Shown here: positions 25,458 to 36,440 of the stretch, piece by piece | Position numbering within the stretch: position 1 is the stretch's first letter | Layout: each line of letters opens with the position of its first letter | Source of the DNA: a virus | Virus record (IMG/VR): IMGVR_UViG_3300031972_002446 | Span: 64,001-128,000 of that record | Strand: one strand, 5' to 3' | DNA length: 64,000 nt | Made by a program: the position numbers and the translations under genes | The notes under the pieces: generated by a model | The model's database searches: none | What the model was told of the DNA's origin: nothing | What the model saw: the letters and a program-made list of their open reading frames with translations, nothing else

Positions 25458-26056
25458 TTATTTTACATGAACACAGGTTATGTTTCTTAGAAAAACCAAA
25501 GTGCGGTAGCAGATCTTTAGTTAGGGCTATCACTAGACCCTTACATAAACGCTGGAAGAAAGAAGATATTTTTGTTAGTAATAAAAATTTACATAACTTA
25601 AATTTCGACTATCACCATCCTAACTATTTACATGTTAATCTTCATGGAGCTATTACATATATTCAAGAAGTTAAAAAGCAAAATATTCAAGAATATACAT
25701 TTATATGTTTATTAAGAAATCCTATAGATTTATTTATTAGTTTATATTGTTATGATATGAATAGGCAGAATAATAGATATCATAAGTTTTCTTGTGTTGA
25801 AGATATGAGGAATACTATACATTATAAGATGTTTACAGACAATATATTTTTACATATGAGGGATTTTGTTAATATAAAATTCTTTTCTTTACATAATACT
25901 GACTCTCTTATAGATTATTTATTTATGAAGCATAGAATTCCTATAAGGTTTCCTACTATTAATGTTAATCAAAATAAAAAGGAGTTAGATATTTCAGACT
26001 TGAAAGATCAAATTTTACAGGATTTCCCCATATATAATACTTTGTATGGTCAATAA
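25454..26056 (+). CDS. sulfotransferase-family protein
   Basis: 5'-PSB-like F...PKCGSRSL and 3'-PB-like LLRNPIDLFISLY. Confidence 0.65.
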   Translation: MIILHEHRLCFLEKPKCGSRSLVRAITRPLHKRWKKEDIFVSNKNLHNLNFDYHHPNYLHVNLHGAITYIQEVKKQNIQEYTFICLLRNPIDLFISLYCYDMNRQNNRYHKFSCVEDMRNTIHYKMFTDNIFLHMRDFVNIKFFSLHNTDSLIDYLFMKHRIPIRFPTINVNQNKKELDISDLKDQILQDFPIYNTLYGQ

Positions 26057-26729
26057 AACCTATATATATAATTTATTACTTTCTTCATATTTTATCAATT
26101 ACAATAAAGACGAATATGTTTGCTCCTTAGACATGGAACAAGGCTTGGCTTTGTATTTGTTTACATATTCTAAAGAGTTATTTCTTTTACAAAAACAACG
26201 TCTAACAGACCCTTCTATTATTATTGATGACTATAGCTTTTTAAATATATCATCTTATCTTGTTAGTAAATTAAGTAATGTTGAATCTATACAAAGACAT
26301 GAAAATCTCATCACATTTAATTATTTAAATCTTTATAATTATAAGATTATGCATAGAACTTACGCTATTAAACAAAACACAATATATAATAATATACCTG
26401 TAGATTTCACATATAATGGGATAAGTTTTAAAACCCCTCGTGTAGATGATGTAATTAGTTATTATTTTTATCAGTATATTAAATATAAATTTAATTTAGA
26501 GTTTTTATTGTATTCCTGTTTATTAATTACTTTATACCATAATTCAATTAAAAACAATAATATTTTGACCAATTTATTGCAGTACGGGGTAAGTATCAAG
26601 AGAGGCTTTAAGAATATTAAGAAAGATATGAGTGTCATAAACTTTCAAATTATTAAAGGTTTTAATATAGATGATCAGGTGGTACAAGAACGAGTGGGAT
26701 CCTTAGTGGATTTTTGTTATGACTTCTAA
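26046..26729 (+). CDS. hypothetical protein (very AT-rich)
   Basis: ORF overlapping both neighbours; no clear motif. Confidence 0.45.
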   Translation: MVNKTYIYNLLLSSYFINYNKDEYVCSLDMEQGLALYLFTYSKELFLLQKQRLTDPSIIIDDYSFLNISSYLVSKLSNVESIQRHENLITFNYLNLYNYKIMHRTYAIKQNTIYNNIPVDFTYNGISFKTPRVDDVISYYFYQYIKYKFNLEFLLYSCLLITLYHNSIKNNNILTNLLQYGVSIKRGFKNIKKDMSVINFQIIKGFNIDDQVVQERVGSLVDFCYDF

Positions 26730-27189
26730 TGAGAAAAAATATAGTTTTAATGTTATTATAGACACCAGAGAACAGAAGCCTTGGGCTTTTGCTGGTTGTG
26801 AAACTATTAATAAAAAATTAGATACTGGAGATTATTCCATTGAAGGCTTAGAGAATCTATTATGTATAGAAAGAAAAAATAGCGTTAGCGAAATAGCTAA
26901 TAATATATCAGAAGCTAGATTTAAAGCTGAAATACTTAGAATGCAAGATTACTTATATAAGTTTATATTGCTAGAGTTTAGTTTACAAGATATTTTAAAT
27001 TATCCCAAAGGATCATCAGTACCTAGACATATGTGGAATAAAATTAAAATAAGACCTGCTTTTATCTTAAAGTATATCACAGAACTTCAAACTAAACATA
27101 ATATCAATGTAGTATTTTGTGACAACCCTCAGGCCGCTAACCAAATGGCCTTTTCAATTATTAAGAGAGTGAATGAATCTCATGGATAA
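26719..27189 (+). CDS. ERCC4-domain nuclease
   Basis: IIDTREQKP, L.TGDYSI, IERK. Confidence 0.85.
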   Translation: MTSNEKKYSFNVIIDTREQKPWAFAGCETINKKLDTGDYSIEGLENLLCIERKNSVSEIANNISEARFKAEILRMQDYLYKFILLEFSLQDILNYPKGSSVPRHMWNKIKIRPAFILKYITELQTKHNINVVFCDNPQAANQMAFSIIKRVNESHG

Positions 27190-29209
27190 TATTAATAATA
27201 ACTACCTAGACAATGCATGGCTTAACTTAGGAAACATTAACGATATTAAGATTGATAAAAATCTAATGATACGTCGTTCTAAAAAAGAAATAGAAAATCC
27301 TGACAGACATCTTATCAATATTATTAAAGATCCAGCCAATTTCAGCATGACGGCCAAATTGTTAATGAATATTGAATTACATCCGATTCAAGCAGCTATT
27401 TTGCAAGAATTTTGGGATCGGCCATTTCCTATGTTTATAGCTAGTCGTGGTTTTGGTAAATCTTTTTTATTAGCTCTTTATTGTACTTTAAAATGTATAT
27501 TTGTTCCAGGTAGTAAAATAGTTGTCGTCGGGGCTGCTTTTAGACAGAGTAAAGTTATTTTTGAATATATGGAAACCATATGGAGAAAATCTGCTATTAT
27601 ACGTAGTATTTTCAATGGTAATGATGATGGTCCAAGAAGAGATGTTGATAGATGTACTATGAGATACGGAGATAGCTGGACAATAGCTATTCCTTTGGGT
27701 GATGGTAGTAAGATTAGAGGTTTAAGAGCTCATATCATTATTGCTGATGAATTTGCATCTATTTCACCAGATGTATATGAAACGGTAGTATCTGGTTTTG
27801 CTGCTGTTTCTGCAGATCCTATGGGTAACGTCAAAGCAGAAGCTAAAAAAGAACTTATGAAAGAGCTCGGTATGTGGAATGAAGAAATGGAAACTTTACA
27901 ACATCGTAAAAGTAATCAGGCTATAATAGCAGGTACTGCTGATTACAGCTTTAAACACTTTGCTCAGTATTGGGAGCGATATAGATCTATTATTCATAGT
28001 TTAGGAGAAGAATCAAAACTTCAAGAAATTTTTAAAGGCGAGGTGCCACAAAACTTTAACTGGCAAGATTATAGTATTGTTAGAATGCCATACGAACTTA
28101 TACCTAAAGGTTTTATGGATGATAGGCAAGTAGCTAGAGCTAAAGCGACTATACATAGCGGTATTTATAATATGGAATATGCTGCATGTTTTACTAAAGA
28201 TAGTAGTGGTTTTTTCAAAAGAAGTTTGATTGAGAGTTGTGTTGTTGGTAATAAAAATCCTGTTGTGATTAATGAAGAACCTATTATTTTCGACGCTAAA
28301 ATAAAAGGCGATCCAGATAAAAAATATGTATATGGTATTGACCCAGCTAGTGAGCAAGATAATTTTAGTATAGTAGTATTAGAATTACAACCAAATCATT
28401 CTAGAGTTGTGTATGTGTGGACTACAAATAGAAAAAATTTCAAGAAAAGACAAAATACAGGATTAGTTAATGAGAACGATTTTTATGGTTTTTGCTCTAG
28501 AAAAATTCGAGACTTAATGAAAGTATTTCCGTGTGAAAGAATAGCCTTAGATGCTCAGGGTGGTGGTGTTGCTATTGAAGAAGCTCTACATGATACTAAT
28601 AAATTACAAAGCAATGAACTACCTATATGGCCAATTATTGAAGCAAAATCGAAGGATACGGATTTTAAATCAGGATTGCATATTTTGCAGTTAATACAAT
28701 TTGCTAGATCAGATTGGACTAGCCAAGCTAATCATGGTTTGAGAAAAGACTTAGAAGATAAAGTTTTATTATTTCCTCAGTTCGATAATCTTACTTTAGG
28801 TTTAGCTATGGAAAAAGAATCTCAAGATATTACAAGAGATGATATTGATCCTATATATGATACTCTTAGTGAATGTATTTTAGAAATAGAAGAATTAAAA
28901 AATGAGTTAACTACCATAGTAATGTCTCAAACTAGTAATAGTCCTGGTGCCAGAGAAAGATGGGATACTCCAGATATTAAAGGTGTTCATGCCAAACGAG
29001 GTAAACTACGAAAAGACCGTTATAGCTCCTTAATTATGGCTAATTCAGTAGCCAGAGCAATTAATAGAGCAGACACACCAGTTGAGTTCGAGGTTATCGG
29101 GGGTGTTGATGGAGTCTATAGATCTGACGAGAAAACTTTATATAAAGGGCCCGGATGGTTTACCGAAGGCGGTAATGACGATATTTATCTTGGAATTTAT
29201 AAAAAATAG
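27173..29209 (+). CDS. terL: terminase large subunit
   Basis: adenine-binding Q (HPIQ), Walker A ASRGFGKS, Walker B IIIADE, RNase-H nuclease YGIDPA, C-terminal KDRYS. Confidence 0.92.
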   Translation: MNLMDNINNNYLDNAWLNLGNINDIKIDKNLMIRRSKKEIENPDRHLINIIKDPANFSMTAKLLMNIELHPIQAAILQEFWDRPFPMFIASRGFGKSFLLALYCTLKCIFVPGSKIVVVGAAFRQSKVIFEYMETIWRKSAIIRSIFNGNDDGPRRDVDRCTMRYGDSWTIAIPLGDGSKIRGLRAHIIIADEFASISPDVYETVVSGFAAVSADPMGNVKAEAKKELMKELGMWNEEMETLQHRKSNQAIIAGTADYSFKHFAQYWERYRSIIHSLGEESKLQEIFKGEVPQNFNWQDYSIVRMPYELIPKGFMDDRQVARAKATIHSGIYNMEYAACFTKDSSGFFKRSLIESCVVGNKNPVVINEEPIIFDAKIKGDPDKKYVYGIDPASEQDNFSIVVLELQPNHSRVVYVWTTNRKNFKKRQNTGLVNENDFYGFCSRKIRDLMKVFPCERIALDAQGGGVAIEEALHDTNKLQSNELPIWPIIEAKSKDTDFKSGLHILQLIQFARSDWTSQANHGLRKDLEDKVLLFPQFDNLTLGLAMEKESQDITRDDIDPIYDTLSECILEIEELKNELTTIVMSQTSNSPGARERWDTPDIKGVHAKRGKLRKDRYSSLIMANSVARAINRADTPVEFEVIGGVDGVYRSDEKTLYKGPGWFTEGGNDDIYLGIYKK

Positions 29210-29266
29210 TGTATTATAAAAATATAAACGCATACAATCCTATTGCAATGGAAATACAATTAAATT

Positions 29267-31465
29267 ATGAGTAAAAAATATCCTAAAAGTGATGCTATCG
29301 AAGACGCCATAACAGAACAGGAAGAGCTATATGTAACTTGGGGAGAAGATTTAGAATCTAAACAGCAAGCTCTAGGGGAATCATCGAAATCTATTACTGA
29401 GTTTGAAGGAATACACAAAACTACTGGTTATGCTAGATATAGTAGAGACTTTTCTAATTTAGGAGAAAACCTTTCCGGTAGACCAGGACTAAGTCGATCG
29501 GATTATGATTATTTTAGACCTAACGAAGCTGTTCCTGTTAGACTAAAAAATATTATTAAAACAGCGGATACTATTTATCAACGGGTTGGTTTAGTTAAAA
29601 ATGTCATTGATTTGATGGGTGATTTTAGCTCACAAGGTATCAGGCTTGTTCACAGAAACAAAAGAATAGAAAGATTTTACACAAATTGGTTTGATAAAAT
29701 TGGAGGTACTGAAAGAAGCGAAAGATTTTTAAATAATTTGTATAGAGTTGGGAATGTTGTTATCAATAGACAAACAGCTAAAATAGGTAAAAAGACAGAG
29801 GATCAACTTTATAAAGCTGCTGGGGAAGCAGATATTCGTATAGAACAGGAAACTATTAACCGTAAAGAGATACCTTGGAGATATACTTTTATAGATCCTT
29901 TCTATGTTGATATTATGGGAGAAAGTCTGTCTTCTTTTGTTGGTAAAAAAAGTTATGCAATATCATTACCAGCTCAATTAAGAAAAACTATTAACAGTCC
30001 AAAAAATGCTGTAGAGAAACAAATAGTTTCAGAATTACCAGAAGATATAATTTTAGCAGCTAAAAATAAAACATTATACCCTCTTAGTCCAGACAAGACT
30101 TTGGTGTTTCATTATAAAAAAGATGATTGGCAAAATTGGGCATATCCTATGATTTATGCTATCATGGATGATATTAATATTATCGAAAAACTTAAGCTTG
30201 CAGATTTAGCAGCTCTAGATGGCGCTATTTCTAATATAAGAATTTTCAAACTAGGTAATCTCGAACATAAAATTGCTCCTACTAAAGCAGCTGCGGCTAA
30301 GTTATCTAATATCTTACAGAATAATGTTGGTGGAGGCACAATGGATTTAATTTGGGGTCCAGATATAGAGCTAATAGAATCAAAAACTAATGTACATCAA
30401 TTTTTAGGAGAAGCAAAATACACTCCTCATTTAAATAGTGTTTATGCTGGTCTTGGTATACCCCCGACTCTTACAGGTACTTATGGTGCTGCTGGGACAA
30501 CTAATAATTTCATCAGTCTTAAAACACTTACCCAAAGACTAGAATATGGTCGTCAGATTCTAAAGCAATTTTGGATAAAAGAGATTGAAAATGTGCAAAA
30601 GGCTATGGGTTTTAGATATCCAGCCAAAATTGAATTCGATAGAATGGATTTAAGTAATGAAGATGCTGAAAAGGCTTTATTGATACAGCTATCTGATCGT
30701 AATCTGGTTAGCGAGGAGTTGGTGCAAACTAGGTTTGGATTTGATGCTGATATGGAAAGTCTCCGAATTGCTAGAGAACAAAAAGAAAGAGACAATGCTA
30801 AGAGACCTAGTAAAGCTGGCCCATTTCATGAAGCTGATTTTGAAAACAGTCTCAAAAAGATTGTCTTGCAAAGTGGCATGGCAACACCTAGTGAGGTTGG
30901 TTTAGATCTAAAGTCGAAAAAAAGAGGTCAAAAGAATCTATATGAATTAAAGAACGAAAAGCCTTCTTCACCAGAAACCACAACGAAGTTGGTAAAAGAT
31001 TCGCCAGAATCTTTACCAGGTGTTCCGGGTGAGGGAAGACCTAAGTTGTCAAAAGACACAAAGAAACGAAAAAGCAAAACCTTTAAACCCCGAACAGGAG
31101 CTACTTTAGATATATGGGCTCAAGACGCTCAAGATAAAATTAGCGCTATTGTAAACCCCTTAATTTTAGATTATTACAAGAAGAAAAATCTGAGGTCTTT
31201 ATCTAGTGAGGAGTTCAAAAACTTAGAGTATGTTAAAACTCAAACTCTCTTTGCATTAAATCCATTTTCTAATATTGACGAGGAAAAAATTTCAGCTAAT
31301 ATAAAAAATGTACACAATAATAATACCAAAAAACATATAATGGGGTATGAATATTGGTTGAAGGCTATTGGTAATGATCTTGATCGTTCTTTGACTATTG
31401 AAGAGCAAAAGATTGTTAAATCTGTCTATTATTCAACCATTCACCATAAAGAGAGTGTTTTATGA
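29267..31465 (+). CDS. portal protein
   Basis: follows TerL; 732 aa; VKNVIDLM.DF, GNV, LGIPP.L features. Confidence 0.8.
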   Translation: MSKKYPKSDAIEDAITEQEELYVTWGEDLESKQQALGESSKSITEFEGIHKTTGYARYSRDFSNLGENLSGRPGLSRSDYDYFRPNEAVPVRLKNIIKTADTIYQRVGLVKNVIDLMGDFSSQGIRLVHRNKRIERFYTNWFDKIGGTERSERFLNNLYRVGNVVINRQTAKIGKKTEDQLYKAAGEADIRIEQETINRKEIPWRYTFIDPFYVDIMGESLSSFVGKKSYAISLPAQLRKTINSPKNAVEKQIVSELPEDIILAAKNKTLYPLSPDKTLVFHYKKDDWQNWAYPMIYAIMDDINIIEKLKLADLAALDGAISNIRIFKLGNLEHKIAPTKAAAAKLSNILQNNVGGGTMDLIWGPDIELIESKTNVHQFLGEAKYTPHLNSVYAGLGIPPTLTGTYGAAGTTNNFISLKTLTQRLEYGRQILKQFWIKEIENVQKAMGFRYPAKIEFDRMDLSNEDAEKALLIQLSDRNLVSEELVQTRFGFDADMESLRIAREQKERDNAKRPSKAGPFHEADFENSLKKIVLQSGMATPSEVGLDLKSKKRGQKNLYELKNEKPSSPETTTKLVKDSPESLPGVPGEGRPKLSKDTKKRKSKTFKPRTGATLDIWAQDAQDKISAIVNPLILDYYKKKNLRSLSSEEFKNLEYVKTQTLFALNPFSNIDEEKISANIKNVHNNNTKKHIMGYEYWLKAIGNDLDRSLTIEEQKIVKSVYYSTIHHKESVL

Positions 31466-33159
31466 TAATATATCAGCAAGAATACGATGACGGTGTCGAT
31501 GAAATTATATCGGCCAATGCATCTTTAGCATACATAACAGAAGCTCAACCATGCCTAAGAAAAGATATCGAGCTAGCAAAAGCAAACATCAATAATAATC
31601 AAACTATTGCTGCATTAAATGATGAAGATCTTTATTATGTACAATCTATTTTAGTGTCATCTTCTTGGAATAAAAATGATGATATTTTTGATAAATCTGA
31701 GGTCTGGGCAGCTAAGGCCACACCAGAAGACAAACCAACTAACTTAGAGCATGACGAAGATCAAATTGTGGGACATATTGTTTCCAATTGGCCTATAGAT
31801 ATAGATGGCAATACTTTACCAGAGAGTACAGGTTTGGAAGCATTACCTGAAAAATTTCATATCGTCACAGGCTCCGTAATTTATCGTAATTTTTCTAATC
31901 CTGATCTTAAAGAAAGAGCTGAAAATCTTATTCAGGAAATTAAAAGTGGAAAAAAATATGTAAGCATGGAGTGTTATTTTAACAACTTTGATTATGGTCT
32001 TTTAGATAAGTCTACAGGAAATTACAAAGTGTTAAAAAGAGATAATAATTCAGCATATTTAACAAAACATTTGAGAGCATATGGTGGTGTTGGTGAGTAT
32101 GATAATTTTAAGATTGGTAGAGTATTGAGAAATATCAATTTTTCCGGTAAAGGTTTTGTAGATAAACCAGCAAATCCTGAAAGTATTATATTCGACCAAG
32201 ACTCTGCACAAAAAATATTAAAAGAACAAACTGAACAAAATATCCCTTTGGTCAATAATAGTGTATCTAATATTCAAGCGTCCCTTAACCTGGAGAAAAA
32301 TAAAATGAGTCTAGAAAAAGATGTAGAAGCTTTATCAGACAAAGTCGAAGCCATGACTGGTTGCGGCGAAGTTTTGAAAGAAGCATATAGCAAAGTTAGT
32401 GAGTTGGAGGCCAAGGTTATGGACCTCGAACAAGGCATGAAAAACAAAGAAGAAGAAATGGCAATGTGGAAGGAAAAAGCTACCAAAGATATGGAAGAAG
32501 CTACAATTTCTATTGCTGAAAAAGACAAATTATTAGAAGAATACAAAAATAAAATGGAATACGATGTTGCAGAATTGAGTGAGGCTAAAGCTACGGAGCT
32601 TAAAGAACTCACATCTGCTCATGAAGAATCCATTAAAGCTAAAGATTGTGATCTTGAAGCTTTGCAAACTGAATTAACCTCAGCTAAAGAGGCTATTGCG
32701 ACTTTTGAAGCTGAAAAAGCTGAATTAGCAAAACAGGCTAAAATTCAAAGCAGAATTGCAGAGCTCGTTGAAACTGGTGTGACCTCTGAAGTAGCTTCAG
32801 CCACTGTTGATAAGTTCGAAGAACTTGACGACGAAGCTTTTTCTACTATCAAGGCTTTGGTTAGTTCTAACATACCAGAATGGGCTCAGGTAAAAGCTGA
32901 AGAGTCGGAAGAAGTTGCTGAAACTTCGGAAGAAACAGAAGCTTCTACTGAATCTGTTGAGGTTGAGGTTGAAGATGAAGAGACTGAGTCAGCTGTTGCC
33001 GAAGATGTTTTAGAAAATGTTGAGGTCGAAGAAGACGGCGTTGATCTTAGTGTTGGCAGTGAAGATGACTCAGAAGTTCATAGCACTAGAGCATCATTAG
33101 TAGATTTTGTATATTCTAGATTAGGCAAACAAAATTCCAATTCCAATAAAGGAGAGTAA
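31462..33159 (+). CDS. prohead protease fused to scaffold
   Basis: NKNDD.F, NLEH, VSMEC, FSGKG.V.KPA protease motifs; acidic coiled-coil C-terminal half. Confidence 0.8.
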   Translation: MIIYQQEYDDGVDEIISANASLAYITEAQPCLRKDIELAKANINNNQTIAALNDEDLYYVQSILVSSSWNKNDDIFDKSEVWAAKATPEDKPTNLEHDEDQIVGHIVSNWPIDIDGNTLPESTGLEALPEKFHIVTGSVIYRNFSNPDLKERAENLIQEIKSGKKYVSMECYFNNFDYGLLDKSTGNYKVLKRDNNSAYLTKHLRAYGGVGEYDNFKIGRVLRNINFSGKGFVDKPANPESIIFDQDSAQKILKEQTEQNIPLVNNSVSNIQASLNLEKNKMSLEKDVEALSDKVEAMTGCGEVLKEAYSKVSELEAKVMDLEQGMKNKEEEMAMWKEKATKDMEEATISIAEKDKLLEEYKNKMEYDVAELSEAKATELKELTSAHEESIKAKDCDLEALQTELTSAKEAIATFEAEKAELAKQAKIQSRIAELVETGVTSEVASATVDKFEELDDEAFSTIKALVSSNIPEWAQVKAEESEEVAETSEETEASTESVEVEVEDEETESAVAEDVLENVEVEEDGVDLSVGSEDDSEVHSTRASLVDFVYSRLGKQNSNSNKGE

Positions 33160-33161
33160 AA

Positions 33162-33620
33162 ATGGCTTTAAAACCAGATCGTATCGAAAGTTTAACTGAT
33201 GTTTCTTTCTTTATGAATGTAGCAGCTACACGCGGTGGCGTTGCTGTATTCAGCGGTAATGGCGGGGTCGGTTCATCTATGGATGATGCTGATGCTACTG
33301 TTATCTATCCAACAGGCAGTCCATCTGGTACAGCACCAGCTGGCGTCTTGATGAATGATGTAGTAAATCTTGATCTTACAAGACAGCACATCAACTACCA
33401 CAAAGATGAAGTTCAACTTGGTGGTAAAGTTGCTTTGCTTCGCAGAGGTCAGGTTACAACAAATATGGTAGATAGTTCCACACCAGCCGCTGGTGATGCT
33501 GCCTACTATGATGGGTCGGGTGATTTTACCACAACTTCAACCAACAGTGTTAAAGTTGGTACGTTTTTAAGTGGTAAAGATGCCGACGGTTACGTTAAAG
33601 TAGATATCAACATTACCTAA
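33162..33620 (+). CDS. capsid decoration/cement protein
   Basis: 152-aa Gly-rich beta protein directly before the MCP; VG.F...D.DGY. Confidence 0.7.
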   Translation: MALKPDRIESLTDVSFFMNVAATRGGVAVFSGNGGVGSSMDDADATVIYPTGSPSGTAPAGVLMNDVVNLDLTRQHINYHKDEVQLGGKVALLRRGQVTTNMVDSSTPAAGDAAYYDGSGDFTTTSTNSVKVGTFLSGKDADGYVKVDINIT

Positions 33621-33640
33621 TTAAAGAGGAGACGAAAATA

Positions 33641-34645
33641 ATGGCTAATAATAGATTTGAACCAAGTCCAGAGCTTACTGACCTTTTAATTAGGTCAGGA
33701 TCTGCAGAAAAAGAGCAATCTTTAGCTGCTAGTAGAGAGTTTGCAAAGGCTCTTGAATTACCTTTGCGTCAGGCTGTCTTAAGTGGAGACGTCTTAAATG
33801 GAATTTTTGAGCCAGTTCAGTTGGCTCCTGGTGCTACTCCAGAATTTCCATTAGATTTCCTTGCTCCAGGCACAGAGTCTGATTTTGTTGCTTACACCCT
33901 TCCTAATCATGGTTACGTTCCAGAACGTCATGTTGAAGGTGATTATGTCATGGTTCCAACTTATGACATCGGTGCAAGCATTGATTATCTTCTTAAGTAT
34001 GCTCGTGACGCCCGTTGGGATGTCGTTGGTCGTGCTATGGAAGTTCTTGAAGCTCAGTTTGTCAAAAAGATGAATGATGATGGTTGGCACACAGTTCTTG
34101 CTGCTGGTGTTGACAGAAACATTGTTGTTTATGACAGTGATGCTGATGCTGGTCAGTTTACCAAGCGTCTTGTAAGCTTGTTAAAAACAGTTATGCGTCG
34201 TAATGGTGGAGGTAATTCTGCTAGTAATAACAGAGGTATCCTTACCGATCTTTATGTTTCTCCAGAAGCTATGGAAGACATTCGTAACTGGGGTGTTGAT
34301 CAAGTTGACGAAATTACTCGTCGTGAAATCTACACTGCTGAAGACGGTACTCTTAACAGAGTATTTGGTGTAAACCTTCATGATCTTGATGAGCTTGGCG
34401 AAGGTCAGGAATATCAAGAATTCTACAACAATGTACTTTCTGGTACATTACCAGCCGCTGACGCTGAAGTAGTTGTTGGTTTGGATCTTAGAAGCAGAGA
34501 TTCCTTTATTATGCCAGTTCGCCAAGAAGTTCAAATCTTCGAAGATGATACCCTTCATCGTCAGAAGAGAGCAGGCTTCTACGGATGGGCAGAACAGGGT
34601 TTTGCTGTTCTAGATAACAGAAGAGTACTTTTAGGTTCTCTATAA
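33641..34645 (+). CDS. major capsid protein (HK97 fold)
   Basis: synteny, size, strongly biased codons, AGGAG RBS, terminator after; LYVSPE, GFYGW.E.GF. Confidence 0.88.
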   Translation: MANNRFEPSPELTDLLIRSGSAEKEQSLAASREFAKALELPLRQAVLSGDVLNGIFEPVQLAPGATPEFPLDFLAPGTESDFVAYTLPNHGYVPERHVEGDYVMVPTYDIGASIDYLLKYARDARWDVVGRAMEVLEAQFVKKMNDDGWHTVLAAGVDRNIVVYDSDADAGQFTKRLVSLLKTVMRRNGGGNSASNNRGILTDLYVSPEAMEDIRNWGVDQVDEITRREIYTAEDGTLNRVFGVNLHDLDELGEGQEYQEFYNNVLSGTLPAADAEVVVGLDLRSRDSFIMPVRQEVQIFEDDTLHRQKRAGFYGWAEQGFAVLDNRRVLLGSL

Positions 34646-34667
34646 TCAAAAATGATGTTGCTTAATA

Positions 34668-34704
34668 AAGTAGCCACCTCTCTTTTGGGGTGGCTATTTT
34701 TTTT
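34668..34704 (+). terminator. intrinsic terminator after the MCP
   Basis: TAGCCACCTC-TCTTTT-GGGGTGGCTA followed by T8. Confidence 0.85.
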
Positions 34705-34773
34705 ATATACATGCTGGTCCAGAATGGGGTATAATAACATTATCACCATAAATTTATCACAAGGAGATCTTCT

Positions 34774-35301
34774 ATGGCCTGGCAAACTGAAATACCAATT
34801 ATAGTAAGAGCTTTAATTAATGATTTTGAAGAAACATATTCTGATTCCAGAATCATTCAATTAAGCACAGTGGCTGCTAGATATGTGGTTATGGATTTAA
34901 ATTTAAATCAAGATTATACTATTGATGTTGTTAATAATACTATCACTCCAGATCCTTGTGCGGTTGCTACCAGAGATGATACATTTGTTAGTTTTGTATC
35001 ATTAAGAGCATCATGCTTTTTAGATCAAAGTACATTTAGAACTAAAGCAGCTACAGAAGGTATTAAAGCTGGTCTAGGACCTGCTCAGGTACAGGTTTCA
35101 GGCCACCTAGCTGGCTATAAGACAGTTTTAGACGTCGGACCTTGTGCAATGTATGATCATTTAAAACAGCAGCATAATATTGGAAATGCTACAGCTATAG
35201 ATGCGATTCTTAGTCCTTTTGTTGGGAATGATTTTGATCCTAGATTTCTTGCTGTTTCAGATTTACCAGCCCGAAGTACTCGTGATGGATTTTATACATA
35301 A
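34774..35301 (+). CDS. head-tail connector/adaptor
   Basis: first gene after the MCP; VR.LIND, YSD. Confidence 0.6.
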   Translation: MAWQTEIPIIVRALINDFEETYSDSRIIQLSTVAARYVVMDLNLNQDYTIDVVNNTITPDPCAVATRDDTFVSFVSLRASCFLDQSTFRTKAATEGIKAGLGPAQVQVSGHLAGYKTVLDVGPCAMYDHLKQQHNIGNATAIDAILSPFVGNDFDPRFLAVSDLPARSTRDGFYT

Positions 35302-35795
35302 TGGATCTCACAAATATTAAAACTTTATATAATAGCATGATAGATATAGTATTAGCCGAAAAAGGTTTAACTATACCATGTACTTTAGTATATGAAACTA
35401 GCAAATTAAGTCAATGTCCTAATTGCGTATATGATACTATTTCTAAGAAATCAGCCAATATATATAACGGAACAGGACCTATCTCTTTCGTTAATGGTCA
35501 AACCTGTCCGTATTGTTTAGGTGAAGGTATTACTTCTAATTCTGCGTCAGAGAGCGCTGTAAATTTTGCTGTTTTAACAGATAGCAAGAATTTTGTTGGT
35601 AGTGTGAATATTCCTGATATTGATGCTCAAACTATTTGTTCTATTAGTCATTTAGATTCAATTAAAAAATGTTCTAAAATTATTTTTAATACAGACATAC
35701 CTAGTTTAACAAATAATATTTTTATTAGAGCTAACGAACCTACCCCTGTGGGGCTAGGAGATAATAGATATATCTTTACTAATTGGAAGAGATAG
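35301..35795 (+). CDS. head-closure/neck protein with Zn finger
   Basis: synteny; CPNC and CPYC.G.G. Confidence 0.55.
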   Translation: MDLTNIKTLYNSMIDIVLAEKGLTIPCTLVYETSKLSQCPNCVYDTISKKSANIYNGTGPISFVNGQTCPYCLGEGITSNSASESAVNFAVLTDSKNFVGSVNIPDIDAQTICSISHLDSIKKCSKIIFNTDIPSLTNNIFIRANEPTPVGLGDNRYIFTNWKR

Positions 35796-35801
35796 TTATA
35801 T

Positions 35802-36434
35802 ATGGAATATTCAATTAATATATTAGAGTCTACAAGCACTATTTCTAATAGAATATTAAAAGCTTTATCTAAAGAAGTCGATCAACATTTTAAAAAGGCT
35901 TATAATAAATGTAGAAAAGAAATTGTTAATATAGTAGTTTCAGCTATAAAGTCTCATAGAACCTATAATAGTTTAATTGCTGGTGATCTAAAAGGAGAAT
36001 TTGGTCTAGACAACGCAACGAATCGCCTTAATGAGATATTAGAGTTTTGGAAATATTTAGATTTAGAATACAATAAACCAGTTATTCGTTCTCAACAAAT
36101 TATAGGGTCTTTTTCTTTATCTATGATTAGATCAGATTATTCTGATGTTTTATCGTCCGCAGCAGCTGAGGTGGTAACAGATAAAGGTGTATCTTTAGAA
36201 TGGTTAAGATGGTTATTGTTGTTTGGCGACAAAACTATCATTAAAGATTATGAGGTAAAACTTGGACCTCATCCTAACTCTAGATCTGGAAATGGAATTA
36301 TGATCGGTAAAGGAGGTTCTAGATGGAGTGTACCTTCTGGTTTTGCTGGTGTTGCTAAGAAAAACTGGATTACTGAATCAATAGATAGTGTTGAAAGTGA
36401 AATTACTAATTTATTACAATCTGCACTGAGGTAA
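35802..36434 (+). CDS. neck/tail completion protein
   Basis: synteny; WLL.G, SRSG..IM, W.VP..F.G. Confidence 0.5.
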   Translation: MEYSINILESTSTISNRILKALSKEVDQHFKKAYNKCRKEIVNIVVSAIKSHRTYNSLIAGDLKGEFGLDNATNRLNEILEFWKYLDLEYNKPVIRSQQIIGSFSLSMIRSDYSDVLSSAAAEVVTDKGVSLEWLRWLLLFGDKTIIKDYEVKLGPHPNSRSGNGIMIGKGGSRWSVPSGFAGVAKKNWITESIDSVESEITNLLQSALR

Positions 36435-36440
36435 AAAAAA

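Noticed and set aside
27173-29209. Intein or intron in the terminase
   Set aside because: Continuous ORF of normal size with no intein splice motifs
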